In this document: in pieces, positions 35,751 through 45,758 of the stretch | Position numbering within the stretch: the stretch's first letter is position 1 | How the letters are laid out: every line of letters begins with the position of its first letter | DNA from: Seison nebaliae | Lineage: Eukaryota | Assembly (NCBI GenBank): GCA_023231475.1 | Contig: JALJEE010000664.1 | Location: forward strand, 1 to 55,636 | Length of the DNA stretch: 55,636 nucleotides | Direction of reading: 5' to 3' | The notes under the pieces: generated by a model | Told to the model about the DNA's origin: nothing | Seen by the model: the letters and a program-made list of their open reading frames with translations, nothing else | The model's database searches: none | Translations under genes and position numbers: made by a program

Positions 35751-38700
35751 ATGATGAAAGATCAATGGATATATCGGTTGGCGTTGATCGTTGTTATGAA
35801 TGTGCATTTGATAAGTTTAAGAAAAGTGGTTGATGATTTACCAGCCGTTTTCCGTGTGAGTTCCGATCGAGAGAAGATCTACATAAATATCTTCCAATGT
35901 TTAATTGATGAAGGTGAATGTATTGAATCATTGGGAATAAGAATAAATTTCTACAAATTCTTCCAATTTACTTCGAATGATATTTGTATTGATTTTGAGA
36001 TTCTTGTACAAAAATATTTTATGTTATTCTCCAATTGTTACATCGATGAGGTAGAGGAGTTGTTAAAAGTTTCAAAGAATTTGAAAAATGTTCAAATGTT
36101 TCCTGTGGAATCGAAGAAATTTAATTGTTTCAATAATTTTTATAAGAAATCAAAGAAAAATTTGAATTCACATTTCATTCATTGTGTTTGGAAGAATTCT
36201 TTAGAAGTGATATTTCCATCCAATCTCCATACGGCTAATAATGGAATAAACAAGAAAAATTTAAAGAAGAAAAAAAGAAGTGAGACGATCACTATTTATT
36301 TCAATTGGTTTTCCAAACAAGTCGAGAAATATTTCCAGCTTTTTTCCGAAAACATTTTGAAGTCTTCCCAATTTCATTTAGGCAATTCGGAGAAGAAATT
36401 AAAAAAAATCTCTTGTCAAAAGTGGTCAAGTACGGAAGATTTTGTTTCTAAATATAAATTAGAAAGTTATGTTCACAAATTGTCGAAAGATAAAGACATA
36501 TTCACCATCGATCAACCTTTCCCATTGGAACGGATTAACCAGAAGATCATTTCTCAAATGGAGACTGAGAAGAAAGTGAAGAAGAATTTATCAAAAGTGA
36601 AAAGACGAGAAAATTCATTTAGGAAATTGAAGAATGTTGAGAAGAAATCGTTCGCTGTCATATTCGAACGGAAATGTCGTACTATTTTAAGGAAAGAGAA
36701 TGAATTGTTGTGGAAATATCGAAAAGAAGATCAATTGAAATCAATCATTCAACGATCCAGTTTTTGCCAATTTGGTCAAATAATATTTGGGAAAAGAATG
36801 TGCAAATTGGAGGAAATTCCGAAATTATTCTATAAAATATCAACAATCAAATCTCTCGAATATTGGGAGATGACTTACGATTATCTGAATAGAGTAACCA
36901 AATCTTCAACATTCGATATTTTTACGTTATTTATCGATATATTTCTTGCGACTTATCGTCCACAAATTGATTCAGAAATAAATAATGATAATTGGGAAGA
37001 CTTCAACAAATTGTACAGTTGTCGTTATCGGAATGGTTATTGTTCGTTGCAAATCAATGAAGATGATATGAATATTTTAAGTTGTTATTGTATGAATATT
37101 GACAACTTCCAATATACTGATCTCTTTAACACTTATCTAACATCAGCATCGATTATTCCGATCACTAATCAATGGGAAGAAATTCCTTTGAAAGAAATGA
37201 AGATTTTGAGTCGAATGAGAATTAATTTAAATGAATTCTTGTTAGTTCTCTTCGAAAATATTCAAGATCGATTATACAAAAATCGAATATCGATCGATCA
37301 TATCGATTATCGTTATTATTTGAAAGAACCGTCAACTTTATCTCAAAGTCTTCTACCACTTCGATCGATTTTTAATCATAACGTTTATCATCATCCGTTT
37401 GTCAAACGATTAATTTATCGACAATTATTCTTCTTGAAATCATCGAAATTATTAATCAATTGGAATGCGAATAATGAAGTTCTGTTTATATCAGTTTGGT
37501 GGATTATCAATGACGATCAAACAATTCTCATGCCAAACGATTATTTGAATGAGATTTTGGAAGAGATAGACGAATTTAAAAATTTCTTTTATGACACTTT
37601 CCCGAAAGAGTTTTGTGCATTAAATGACGATGATTGTTATTTCGATTCTCATGATAATGTTGGGAAAGAAGAATTAATGGAGTTGCACAGAGAAATTTTA
37701 ATCAATTCTCAAATGGTGAAGATGTCACATTTAATGTTAACTGATTTGGAATTGATGATTCATTTGTATCGATTGAATATTGACGATTTCGTCGATTATT
37801 GGATGAGTGAAGTAACTTTATCGAAATTATTATTCTCTTTTCATTTCAATGAAATCGCACGTTATGTTTATTATAGACGACGAGGAATCAAAATCTCTTC
37901 TCACTTTCAACGTTCCATCAAGAAACAAATAGAATTATTTCAAAATGTCAATTCTTTCCATCTCAATCAGATTGTGAAACAGAGTATTATGAAATCATTG
38001 AATCATCATTATTCTTTTGGCATTTCAGTTATGAGAAGAAAACGGAAGAAAAAATCACCGAAAATTATTATTCCAAAAGAGTATACAAGTGATGATATTA
38101 TTCCATGTTATCTGATTTATTATTATTCCAAACATTCACTCAATTCCATCATGGCATTATCTGAGTTCTATCAATTCCATCGATCTTTTCCTCATCTACC
38201 GATGTTCGTTCGAGATATCGATGAAGATTTGGTCGCTAAAGTTTACGGAAAGAGTCGAGATATTCCTTATGTATATTTGATGCACATTTGGAATGAGGAA
38301 CCGATTGGAATGAAATATTCCGGTGCATATATCACTTCCTCTAAATTATCGAAATTCACTCAAGCCATTACGGATTATAGAGAGATGAAAAGTGAAAAGA
38401 AATTCAATGATTTTCATGATCAGAACGAACTTATAACAATTTATAAATTATTCGGAATGGTTAAACAAACGATAAATTTGCGACCTATCCAAATGAATAG
38501 AGATCCGACAAATAGAATTTATGAAATTTTACATGAATTAGATCAATTCAATACGTCTCATATGATGTTGCAAAATTCATTCGAAATTCCCATCCAAACA
38601 TATTTGACGAATCATCAATTGACATTCGTTCAAGAGAAACATAAAGAATTGATGAATATTTTGACAAATTATACGGAAGATATTCGTCTACATTTAAAGG

Positions 38701-39089
38701 ACTATAATCGATTAGATTTAGATAAATATTCATTTTCTGAACGATTATGTCGATATCTTTTCAACGTCTATATCAATCACGATTATTATCTCTCTTATTT
38801 CCTCAAATACGAAAATGTCATGCAAATTGTCAAATATTCTTATTATGAGACTTATCTTAGTGATTTCAATTCGTTACTCTTCTCTCAGAATGTCTCATTT
38901 GAAATGAATGATCCTCTACTCGATTTCTCGTCATTCCTTCAACAACAAACATTATCCGATATCACTTTCCGGAAAATTCTTCAAAATCAAATTTTTTTGA
39001 ATTTTACTGGTTTTCGCATATTGAACATTATTCTCATTATTTGTACATTTATCCTTATCAGTTGGTTTGTTGGTGGAGCAGTCGGTTAA
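35751..39089 (+). CDS. Large intronless type I membrane protein with a TXNDC15-like thioredoxin-fold domain (about 38091-38380), 1112 aa
   Basis: Signal-like N-terminus, C-terminal TM; CYLIYYYSKHSLNS..FHRSFPHLPMFVRD..YG...IPYVYL..PIGMKY....TSSKLSKFTQAIT parallels TXNDC15 CTLVLFYTPWCRFS..LPRAFPALHFLALD..FG..VPNILL..PMARF...RTLETLKIFI. Confidence 0.6.
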   Translation: MMKDQWIYRLALIVVMNVHLISLRKVVDDLPAVFRVSSDREKIYINIFQCLIDEGECIESLGIRINFYKFFQFTSNDICIDFEILVQKYFMLFSNCYIDEVEELLKVSKNLKNVQMFPVESKKFNCFNNFYKKSKKNLNSHFIHCVWKNSLEVIFPSNLHTANNGINKKNLKKKKRSETITIYFNWFSKQVEKYFQLFSENILKSSQFHLGNSEKKLKKISCQKWSSTEDFVSKYKLESYVHKLSKDKDIFTIDQPFPLERINQKIISQMETEKKVKKNLSKVKRRENSFRKLKNVEKKSFAVIFERKCRTILRKENELLWKYRKEDQLKSIIQRSSFCQFGQIIFGKRMCKLEEIPKLFYKISTIKSLEYWEMTYDYLNRVTKSSTFDIFTLFIDIFLATYRPQIDSEINNDNWEDFNKLYSCRYRNGYCSLQINEDDMNILSCYCMNIDNFQYTDLFNTYLTSASIIPITNQWEEIPLKEMKILSRMRINLNEFLLVLFENIQDRLYKNRISIDHIDYRYYLKEPSTLSQSLLPLRSIFNHNVYHHPFVKRLIYRQLFFLKSSKLLINWNANNEVLFISVWWIINDDQTILMPNDYLNEILEEIDEFKNFFYDTFPKEFCALNDDDCYFDSHDNVGKEELMELHREILINSQMVKMSHLMLTDLELMIHLYRLNIDDFVDYWMSEVTLSKLLFSFHFNEIARYVYYRRRGIKISSHFQRSIKKQIELFQNVNSFHLNQIVKQSIMKSLNHHYSFGISVMRRKRKKKSPKIIIPKEYTSDDIIPCYLIYYYSKHSLNSIMALSEFYQFHRSFPHLPMFVRDIDEDLVAKVYGKSRDIPYVYLMHIWNEEPIGMKYSGAYITSSKLSKFTQAITDYREMKSEKKFNDFHDQNELITIYKLFGMVKQTINLRPIQMNRDPTNRIYEILHELDQFNTSHMMLQNSFEIPIQTYLTNHQLTFVQEKHKELMNILTNYTEDIRLHLKDYNRLDLDKYSFSERLCRYLFNVYINHDYYLSYFLKYENVMQIVKYSYYETYLSDFNSLLFSQNVSFEMNDPLLDFSSFLQQQTLSDITFRKILQNQIFLNFTGFRILNIILIICTFILISWFVGGAVG

Positions 39090-39233
39090 TTTATTCTAAT
39101 ATCATTTCACTTCCGTTTTATGTATTATATAATTATATTTTCATTTCGTCAATTATTTCATTATTTTACGCTATCAAAATGAACAGTTTTTATGAAACGA
39201 ATAAATAATTGTTATTTAAAACAATCTCATTCT

Positions 39234-39255
39234 CACTCTCTCTCTCTCTCTCTCT
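39234..39255. repeat. (CT)n microsatellite
   Basis: About 10 CT units upstream of the tetraspanin-like gene. Confidence 0.85.
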
Positions 39256-39367
39256 TCGGGTTAATATTGATATTTGGAGAATGTAATTGGAACAATGGAA
39301 ATATATCTGGAAAATTTGAGTTTTGAATCGAATTTCTAATTGGAAATATATTTAGTGGGAAGGGAAG

Positions 39368-40065
39368 ATGAGTTTAAATGAGAATAAATCTCATAAAATC
39401 CTTAAGATTTGCTTAATCATTTCCCAAGCAATTATCATCGTTAATTTTTTCCCAACTCTTCCCACTCTCAAATAACGAGAAGATGTGAACTTCAAAGATT
39501 TTAGGTATCACTATGATCATATTCGGATTTATGTGTATTTGGAATCGGAATTCACTCGGTATACACAAGAATCCTATTCCGAAAATGAAGAATACTTTAA
39601 CGAAATTGGCGAATATGGAATTGGAGAAAGTTGGAATCATCATTCTGATTTATGGCATATCGATATTATTCATTACACTTTTGGGATTGTGTGGAACATG
39701 TTCAGAGACATTTCCATGTTTGATAGTTGTTCGATTTTCTGTTGATTCACTCAATTCTTTCATTCATATTCCACTAGTTCGCTGTTATGATACTAATCAA
39801 TATTATTTGTAGTTTGGTTATGATAACTCTCTCGCTAAAAAAGTTAGCGGACTTTAAGAAGGTACATAACGTGAATAATGTGAGGAGATATATTGAAGCG
39901 ATAATCGGAGCGATTATTGGTTTTAGCTCACTCGCCTTCATTCTCACTGTCATTTTGGCTCATTCGTTACATAAATATTACTATTATAAAAACGTTCGAA
40001 TACATCAATCGACAGTTCAACCTCAAGAGCCACATGGACCGGATATTATGCCACAATTGTCTTAG
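39368..40065 (+). CDS. Tetraspanin-like 4-TM protein lacking the CCG large loop; exons 39368-39439, 39498-39728, 39778-40065, 196 aa
   Basis: TM1 KICLIISQAIIIILGITMIIFG, TM2-loop-TM3 GISILFITLLGLCGTCSETFPCLIVFAVMI (GxxGxCGxxxExxxxL signature), TM4 AIIGAIIGFSSLAFILTVIL; phase-0 introns in TM1 and at the start of TM3 as typical of tetraspanins. Confidence 0.75.
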
Positions 40066-40184
40066 CAAGATAATTGATAGAATTTTTTTTTCAGTTTTAT
40101 TATAATTTGATGAGAAGCATATTTAATGAGAAATATATAATTTAAGTACAGAAAATGAAGAAATGAGGGATAGAAATGAATAAA

Positions 40185-41284
40185 TTATCTTTTTTCTCCT
40201 AAATCCCAAATATCATCGTCAGCTATTTTCGTTTCACACACCACCAGTATATGAGAATTCGTTTGTTCCAAATATTGTTTCATGTGTTCATTGATATCGT
40301 CGATATAAACTTCATTTTTCACTTTCGAATCAATCTCAATAAATTCACCTGGAAAATAAATTCAAATTTTAAAATTTGGTTATCATTAAATTAACCGTCT
40401 ACTTTTGTAATTGTCATCCAATGTTCACCCATGAATGGGAGACTTATTCCAAAAACGTTGTAACGACTGGGAACGTTGAGAAGGAATCCTTTAATCTTCT
40501 CCAATCTCAATTGCTTTATTGAACGATTCTTATTGAACCAAATGATTTTGTGATTAACCTCGTTCAAAGCAATCGATATCACATTAATATCATATCGACC
40601 TAATCCCATCATACTTCGATGTGCATTGAAAATCTTATTTTCGTCCAATCTTAAACAAATGTCATCGAAGTCCATTCGGTCGAACATTTGAGATTGAAAT
40701 AAATTATTCAGCGCATGTACTGCACATAGTTGAAGATGTTGTCTCTCATGGTAGATTTGTTTGCCGTTGGACGATCTCTTCATCGACAAATAAATATCAT
40801 TAATGATATCAGGATTGACGTATTCCTCCGTATCGTCTAATGAATCGAATGGACGAACTATCTTTTTGATGGAATCTCCAATGGCAGCAACTTCTTCGAA
40901 AGATCTACGCTTTGTTTTTAATAACATTGCTCGACGTTTAGAACGTGGCGAGAAAGATTGAGATCTTGGTGAAGGTTCACCATATTTCTTCCTCGGATTT
41001 GTTTTGAACTGCTTAGCGGTTCTTTTCGGTAGGTCTAAAAGCGTCATAATTCTCTGACTTCTTTTCGAAACAAATGAAACCTGTTAAACTTAAAGGATTA
41101 GATACGTTATCATCCAATTTATAAGTATTTACACCATCTTCATTTCTATTCGATTGCATTTCGTTACCCTAACATGAAATGACGATGTTTTATTACATCA
41201 GATTATTTTAAGCTAACAATCTACCTCTTTGTTACTATTTGGAGAAGAATAATGAAAAACAAAAAATGAAGTTGACAAGAACAT
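40185..41284 (-). CDS. JOSD1: Josephin-domain deubiquitinase (JOSD1/2-like) with long basic N-terminal extension; 5' exons tentative
   Basis: IYHERQHLQLCAVHALNNLFQ, NAHRSMMGLGRYDINVI, GFLLNVPS, HWMTITKVDG|EFIEIDSK (Cys-His-Asp triad); last exon about 40348-40185. Confidence 0.9.
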
Positions 41285-41463
41285 AGATAAATTTTCGCAT
41301 ACGTCATTATATGTCATGAAGGAAATGAATGGACGATCAGATCAAACTGCATCGTTAAATGAATGTGTATTCATATAGTTTAATTGTTTAAATGTTTTCA
41401 AATAAAAATGTTGTTTCGCTTCTTTCGAAAATCAATTTGATTATGGCCATAGAACTAATTAGT

Positions 41464-41976
41464 CTATGACGATGGCGGTGTCGGTTTGTTATTGGAAACG
41501 ACTTCAATTCCCTCGCAACAATGTTGTAATCGTGTGGGACATCGTTCTGAATAAGTTTCATAAGTTTTTTGTTGATAAATCCTCGAGTATCTAAAGAATA
41601 ATAATCGTTGCAACATAATTATTTATGAATTTTGTGTTAACCCACGATGATATACCGTATACTTTTTCCACCACATACCCTTCTTCCTTTTTTTGACTAT
41701 GTATAATATACATATGAATAACTCAATACAATTATAATGAGATAAATGAGAGATGTACCTTTTATCTTTACTTTTTTCGAATTGACAATGCTTTGTACAT
41801 GGCTCGTAATTATTGGATCAATGAAACAACACGGTCTTTCACCAAGACTGTCAAATATACAATAAGTTTCCTCATTCTAGTTAAATAGATAATAACCAAT
41901 CGATCTCGATAGTGTGATAAATAAGAGAAGCGATGACACTCAATAAGAGGCAGAAGGAGAAGTAATTGATGGACAT
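41464..41976 (-). CDS. Putative small Cys-rich, possibly secreted protein (EMI-like), absent from ORF track
   Basis: Three in-phase exons give NEETYCIFDSLGERPCCFIDP..KVKKRKKGMWWKKYTVYHRGYSRIYQQKTYETYSERCPTRLQHCCEGIEVV..PPSS*; upstream hydrophobic MSINYFSFCLLLS exon tentative. Confidence 0.5.
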
Positions 41977-42171
41977 ATTGCGGAGAAGGACAAATGTGAA
42001 GAAAGCTGAATGAACAACTTACGTCAAACGTTTCCTTTTTGAGAAAATTCACAGATGACGGAAAAGTTTGGAAAACAATCTAGTCATGTAACTCTTTATT
42101 TTTATCAGCTTTTATTAGTACCTTTTGTAAAATAAAGTTTTATTATCCAAATAATAAATAAAAGTTTTTCT

Positions 42172-42570
42172 TCAAAATTTTGGTATGAAATTCTGAATTC
42201 TCGGTCTTTTAAGATCAATCGTAATATTAGATAGAACTTGTCTAATATCATAAACAGCGCTTAGGGTTGGGGGTCTTCTTCTTTTCTTAACAACTTTCAA
42301 TATTCCCCCGATTATCAGACATAGACCGGCTATCACCGGTAATAGAACCAGTAATGGTAAACGACTACTACCAGCTGGTATAATTGGTGTTGACGATAGA
42401 AAATCGATTGCTTTACTTGTTGTCTTGCCCTTAAAGTGATTCAATGTTCCAATTATCTCTGTATAGTCAGGAGGTTCGGTTATATTAACCATCTGCTCTA
42501 ATTCGTCCCAGTTTGCTTCATTCAACTCATCTTTCAGGTCCAAATCTTTAAACATGTAAATACTATTCAT
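42172..42570 (-). CDS. Small single-pass membrane protein, unknown
   Basis: Open frame with TM LPLLVLLPVIAGLCLIIGGIL followed by KVVKKRRR stop-transfer; start uncertain. Confidence 0.55.
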   Translation of the reverse strand: MNSIYMFKDLDLKDELNEANWDELEQMVNITEPPDYTEIIGTLNHFKGKTTSKAIDFLSSTPIIPAGSSRLPLLVLLPVIAGLCLIIGGILKVVKKRRRPPTLSAVYDIRQVLSNITIDLKRPRIQNFIPKF

Positions 42571-43166
42571 CTTTTGAACGACTATTCTCTCTATCAATCA
42601 CATTTCTCAATTGGTTTATTCGAAATAAAAATGTAGTAGAACAAAAATGTTTAATTTTCGCTTTTCAAACTGTTTGGAATTAGAAATAAGAGTAATTTTT
42701 TTGAAAAAATAAAAAGTGAATAAAGCTGCGGAGGAAAAATAAGTAACAAAATTATTCAATAAATAAATAGTAATGCTCAATAGAGTTGAGTTGATTGAAC
42801 TTGACCGTGTAAGACGATGGATTTTGATTAAATTAAAATTGGATCAATCATTGATTATTTGATTTAAATTTCGGAGAAACGAGAGATAAATGGAAAATTG
42901 AAATTAACGAAACTATTTTCAGACACGGCGAGAGATGGAACTGAAGAGAGGAGGGAGAAGAAGATAGAGATCATTACCGGAAATGTATTTATGATACAAA
43001 AGATTTTAGAATTTGAATGGTTCATGAATTGTTAAGAGACATCTGGAGGAGAAAAAAGAAATCTTCATATAATTCTTATTTCATTTTAACGAGAATTTAT
43101 AGTGGATTGAGTTATGAAACTCTTCCAGAAAATTAACAAAGCGAGAAGGTAATACAGAAAGAATAT

Positions 43167-45758
43167 TTAAGCGGAAGGACAAACGACTTGAAGAATATAA
43201 TTCGTTAATAATTGAGGAACGTTTTCATTATCAATTGATATACCATTCAGAACTGGAAGAAGAAAATATTTTTCAAAATTGAAAACATAAAAATTGATTA
43301 AACTTTCTATTAATAATTGTAGATGTTCGACTTTCAACGGAAATAATCCTTCATGAAATGGAATAATTGTCGTCAATTGCTACAAATTTCATAAGATTAA
43401 TTTAGTCATGCGAGAAAAAACCCAACTTGACAAGATAATAGTTTATCGTTAATTGGTCGTCCTTTTCCATTAGCAATTTCGTTCATATTTTTTCGGTTAC
43501 CGATTCGTCTCTTCTCTTTTAACATTAATCGTTTTTTATGCTGAAGGCAATGGATTAATGATGAACAGTGAATATTTCGAATGGAGCTAACTTGTACTTG
43601 ATGTATCAGATCGATGAAACGGTTTTGTTCTTCTCGAACATTCTTCAATTCATCTCGTCCTGCTAATTCTTGGACTAAGATTTGGTTCATATCTTGCAAC
43701 GTGTTTTTCAATTGTTTTATCATTAGCCTCAAGTCATCGATTGACGTCTGATGAAGATCTGGATGGAAAATTGGATATTAAGCACAGTTCGATGAAATAA
43801 AATTAACTTTTGGAAGAAATGTTGTGAAGTAAATTTTCTTTCCGCTGTAATTCGAATTCACCAAAATTACCAGCATCGTTTCTTAACGTCTCAATATCGA
43901 ATTCATGATAAATGAATTTTTTTGAAGTAATCATTTCAAATAATTTTTTGTTAAGTGTCGATGAAAATTGTTGAGTTTTCTTTTCGTCTATCAGTTCATA
44001 CAGGTCATAGGCACATCGATTACATAGAACTTTTCGATTGGCAATTGAATATTTTGTCGAATGTAATAACTGATCTTGAGAATGATTTCCGTCTTTCTTC
44101 CAACTTCCATTCATGTTAAACGGATCTTTAAACATCGACGTATCGTTGAGCGAATGGGAAAGATTCAACATTTCCCCACCATATCCCGAGTCATAAGTTC
44201 CGTCTGAAGTCGTCGTATGATCCATCATTATACTTCTGTTCATCGATTGCGATATTCTAACCGGACAATCATCTTTCATTAATATCAGTGATTTAGCTGT
44301 GTCGTTGTTAAACGTCATACTTTTCGGAAGATGTGTAAACCGTTTTTCAAATTGTTTCAATGAAACAGTTTCTACATTCTCTGTTATACTCGTGTTGGAT
44401 TTGCTTCGCATTTCAATTTGCTTTTCTGCTATCGATTCAACCTCTGATGGTGTTAATCGTTCTAAACGATATCTTGTGATGGTGTCGAAGAGAGATGTGG
44501 TTAAGTTGTTGGAGAAGGAATTATCGGGAAGAATGATTATTATAGACGAGAGAATACATGTACATCTCTCACATTCATTCGAACAACAACTGCATGTCCA
44601 TAGATCATATTGTGTATCATCATCTTTCGAATGAGATTCGCCAAGATCATCATATGGATTGACATCAAACTCTTCGTTGCAATATTCACAGGTTATAAGA
44701 ATATTATCTCGATTCTTTTCATTATGAGTGTTTGGTGGAAGATATTCTTCTAATTCTGTCAATACATCTGCTGCAGTTTGTAAATCATCAGAAAATTGAT
44801 TTGAAGAGTAACTATTTTGATGATTACGATGATAGTCTGAGGTTGGATCAGTCGGTTGACTCTCTATCTTATTCGCATTTTGATGAGTTTTTTTATGGTC
44901 TTCATGAATGAGTGATCGATATGTTTCCCACGACATACAATCACATGAACATTGACAAAGGAAGTCTTTCGATTTGTATTCTCGAACTAATCGTTCATTG
45001 TTGGGCAGTTCAAGAGACGACGAGGAGATAGTTGCTGTGGTTGTAGGTGTTTGAGAGATAAAAGAATTTAAATTGATTTGATCGAAATGTAATGACTTGC
45101 TGATCCTACTAAGGAAAGTAGATTTATTCATTTGTGTTGAAACGAAATTAATTGTGGGAGAGATCACTTTACGCTTCGTTCGATCAACAACATTTTGAGA
45201 AATACTTTCAATGTGCTTTATTTCGTTATGATTTGTCTTTATTTTATAGTTATTGGTAGTGATGGTAGAGGTGGTGGTGATATCTTCTTTCTTCCATCTA
45301 CTTTTCAAACGTTGTCCCAACTTCAATATGGAGTGAGATGTAATCGACGTTGGCATCATTGTTGAAACATTAGCATGACGTCCATACTCGTCAAACAGTT
45401 GTTGTTGATGTTTTTGGAAGTTCATTTCTAACGATAAGTTCGACAAATTAACTTTTTCCTTTTTTCTCTTGTTCTTCTTGTTAGAATGTTGATATGGTTG
45501 ATCTTTCCACTGATATTGATTAAGTGATGCAGAAGATATTAATGGAATATCGGTTGCAGTTACCTCTGTTCTCTCCTCACAAGACGATAGTGATGATGAA
45601 GATACAGATGATGATGATGATGATGATGAGGATGAGATGGAAGATAATGAGATATATGAAGGTAAATTTACATTTAAGGAATGTGTTGATACAGCTTCAA
45701 CATTAATAAAATTTGAATGATTCTCATTGAAGTTTGGATATGTGCTTGGGTCAGACAT
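43167..45758 (-). CDS. FEZ1: Fasciculation and elongation protein zeta / UNC-76 homolog, 5 exons, long low-complexity N-terminus
   Basis: LQTAADVLTELEE, LVQELAGRDEL..EEQNRFIDLIHQVQ, LTTIIPF..VEHLQLLIE|IL..ENVPQLLTNYILQVVCPS match FEZ motifs; four GTT..AG introns. Confidence 0.9.

Noticed and set aside
341..39089. Cilia-related gene cluster (WDR11, EFCAB12-like, TXNDC15-like)
   Set aside because: Widely spaced among unrelated genes; compatible with chance
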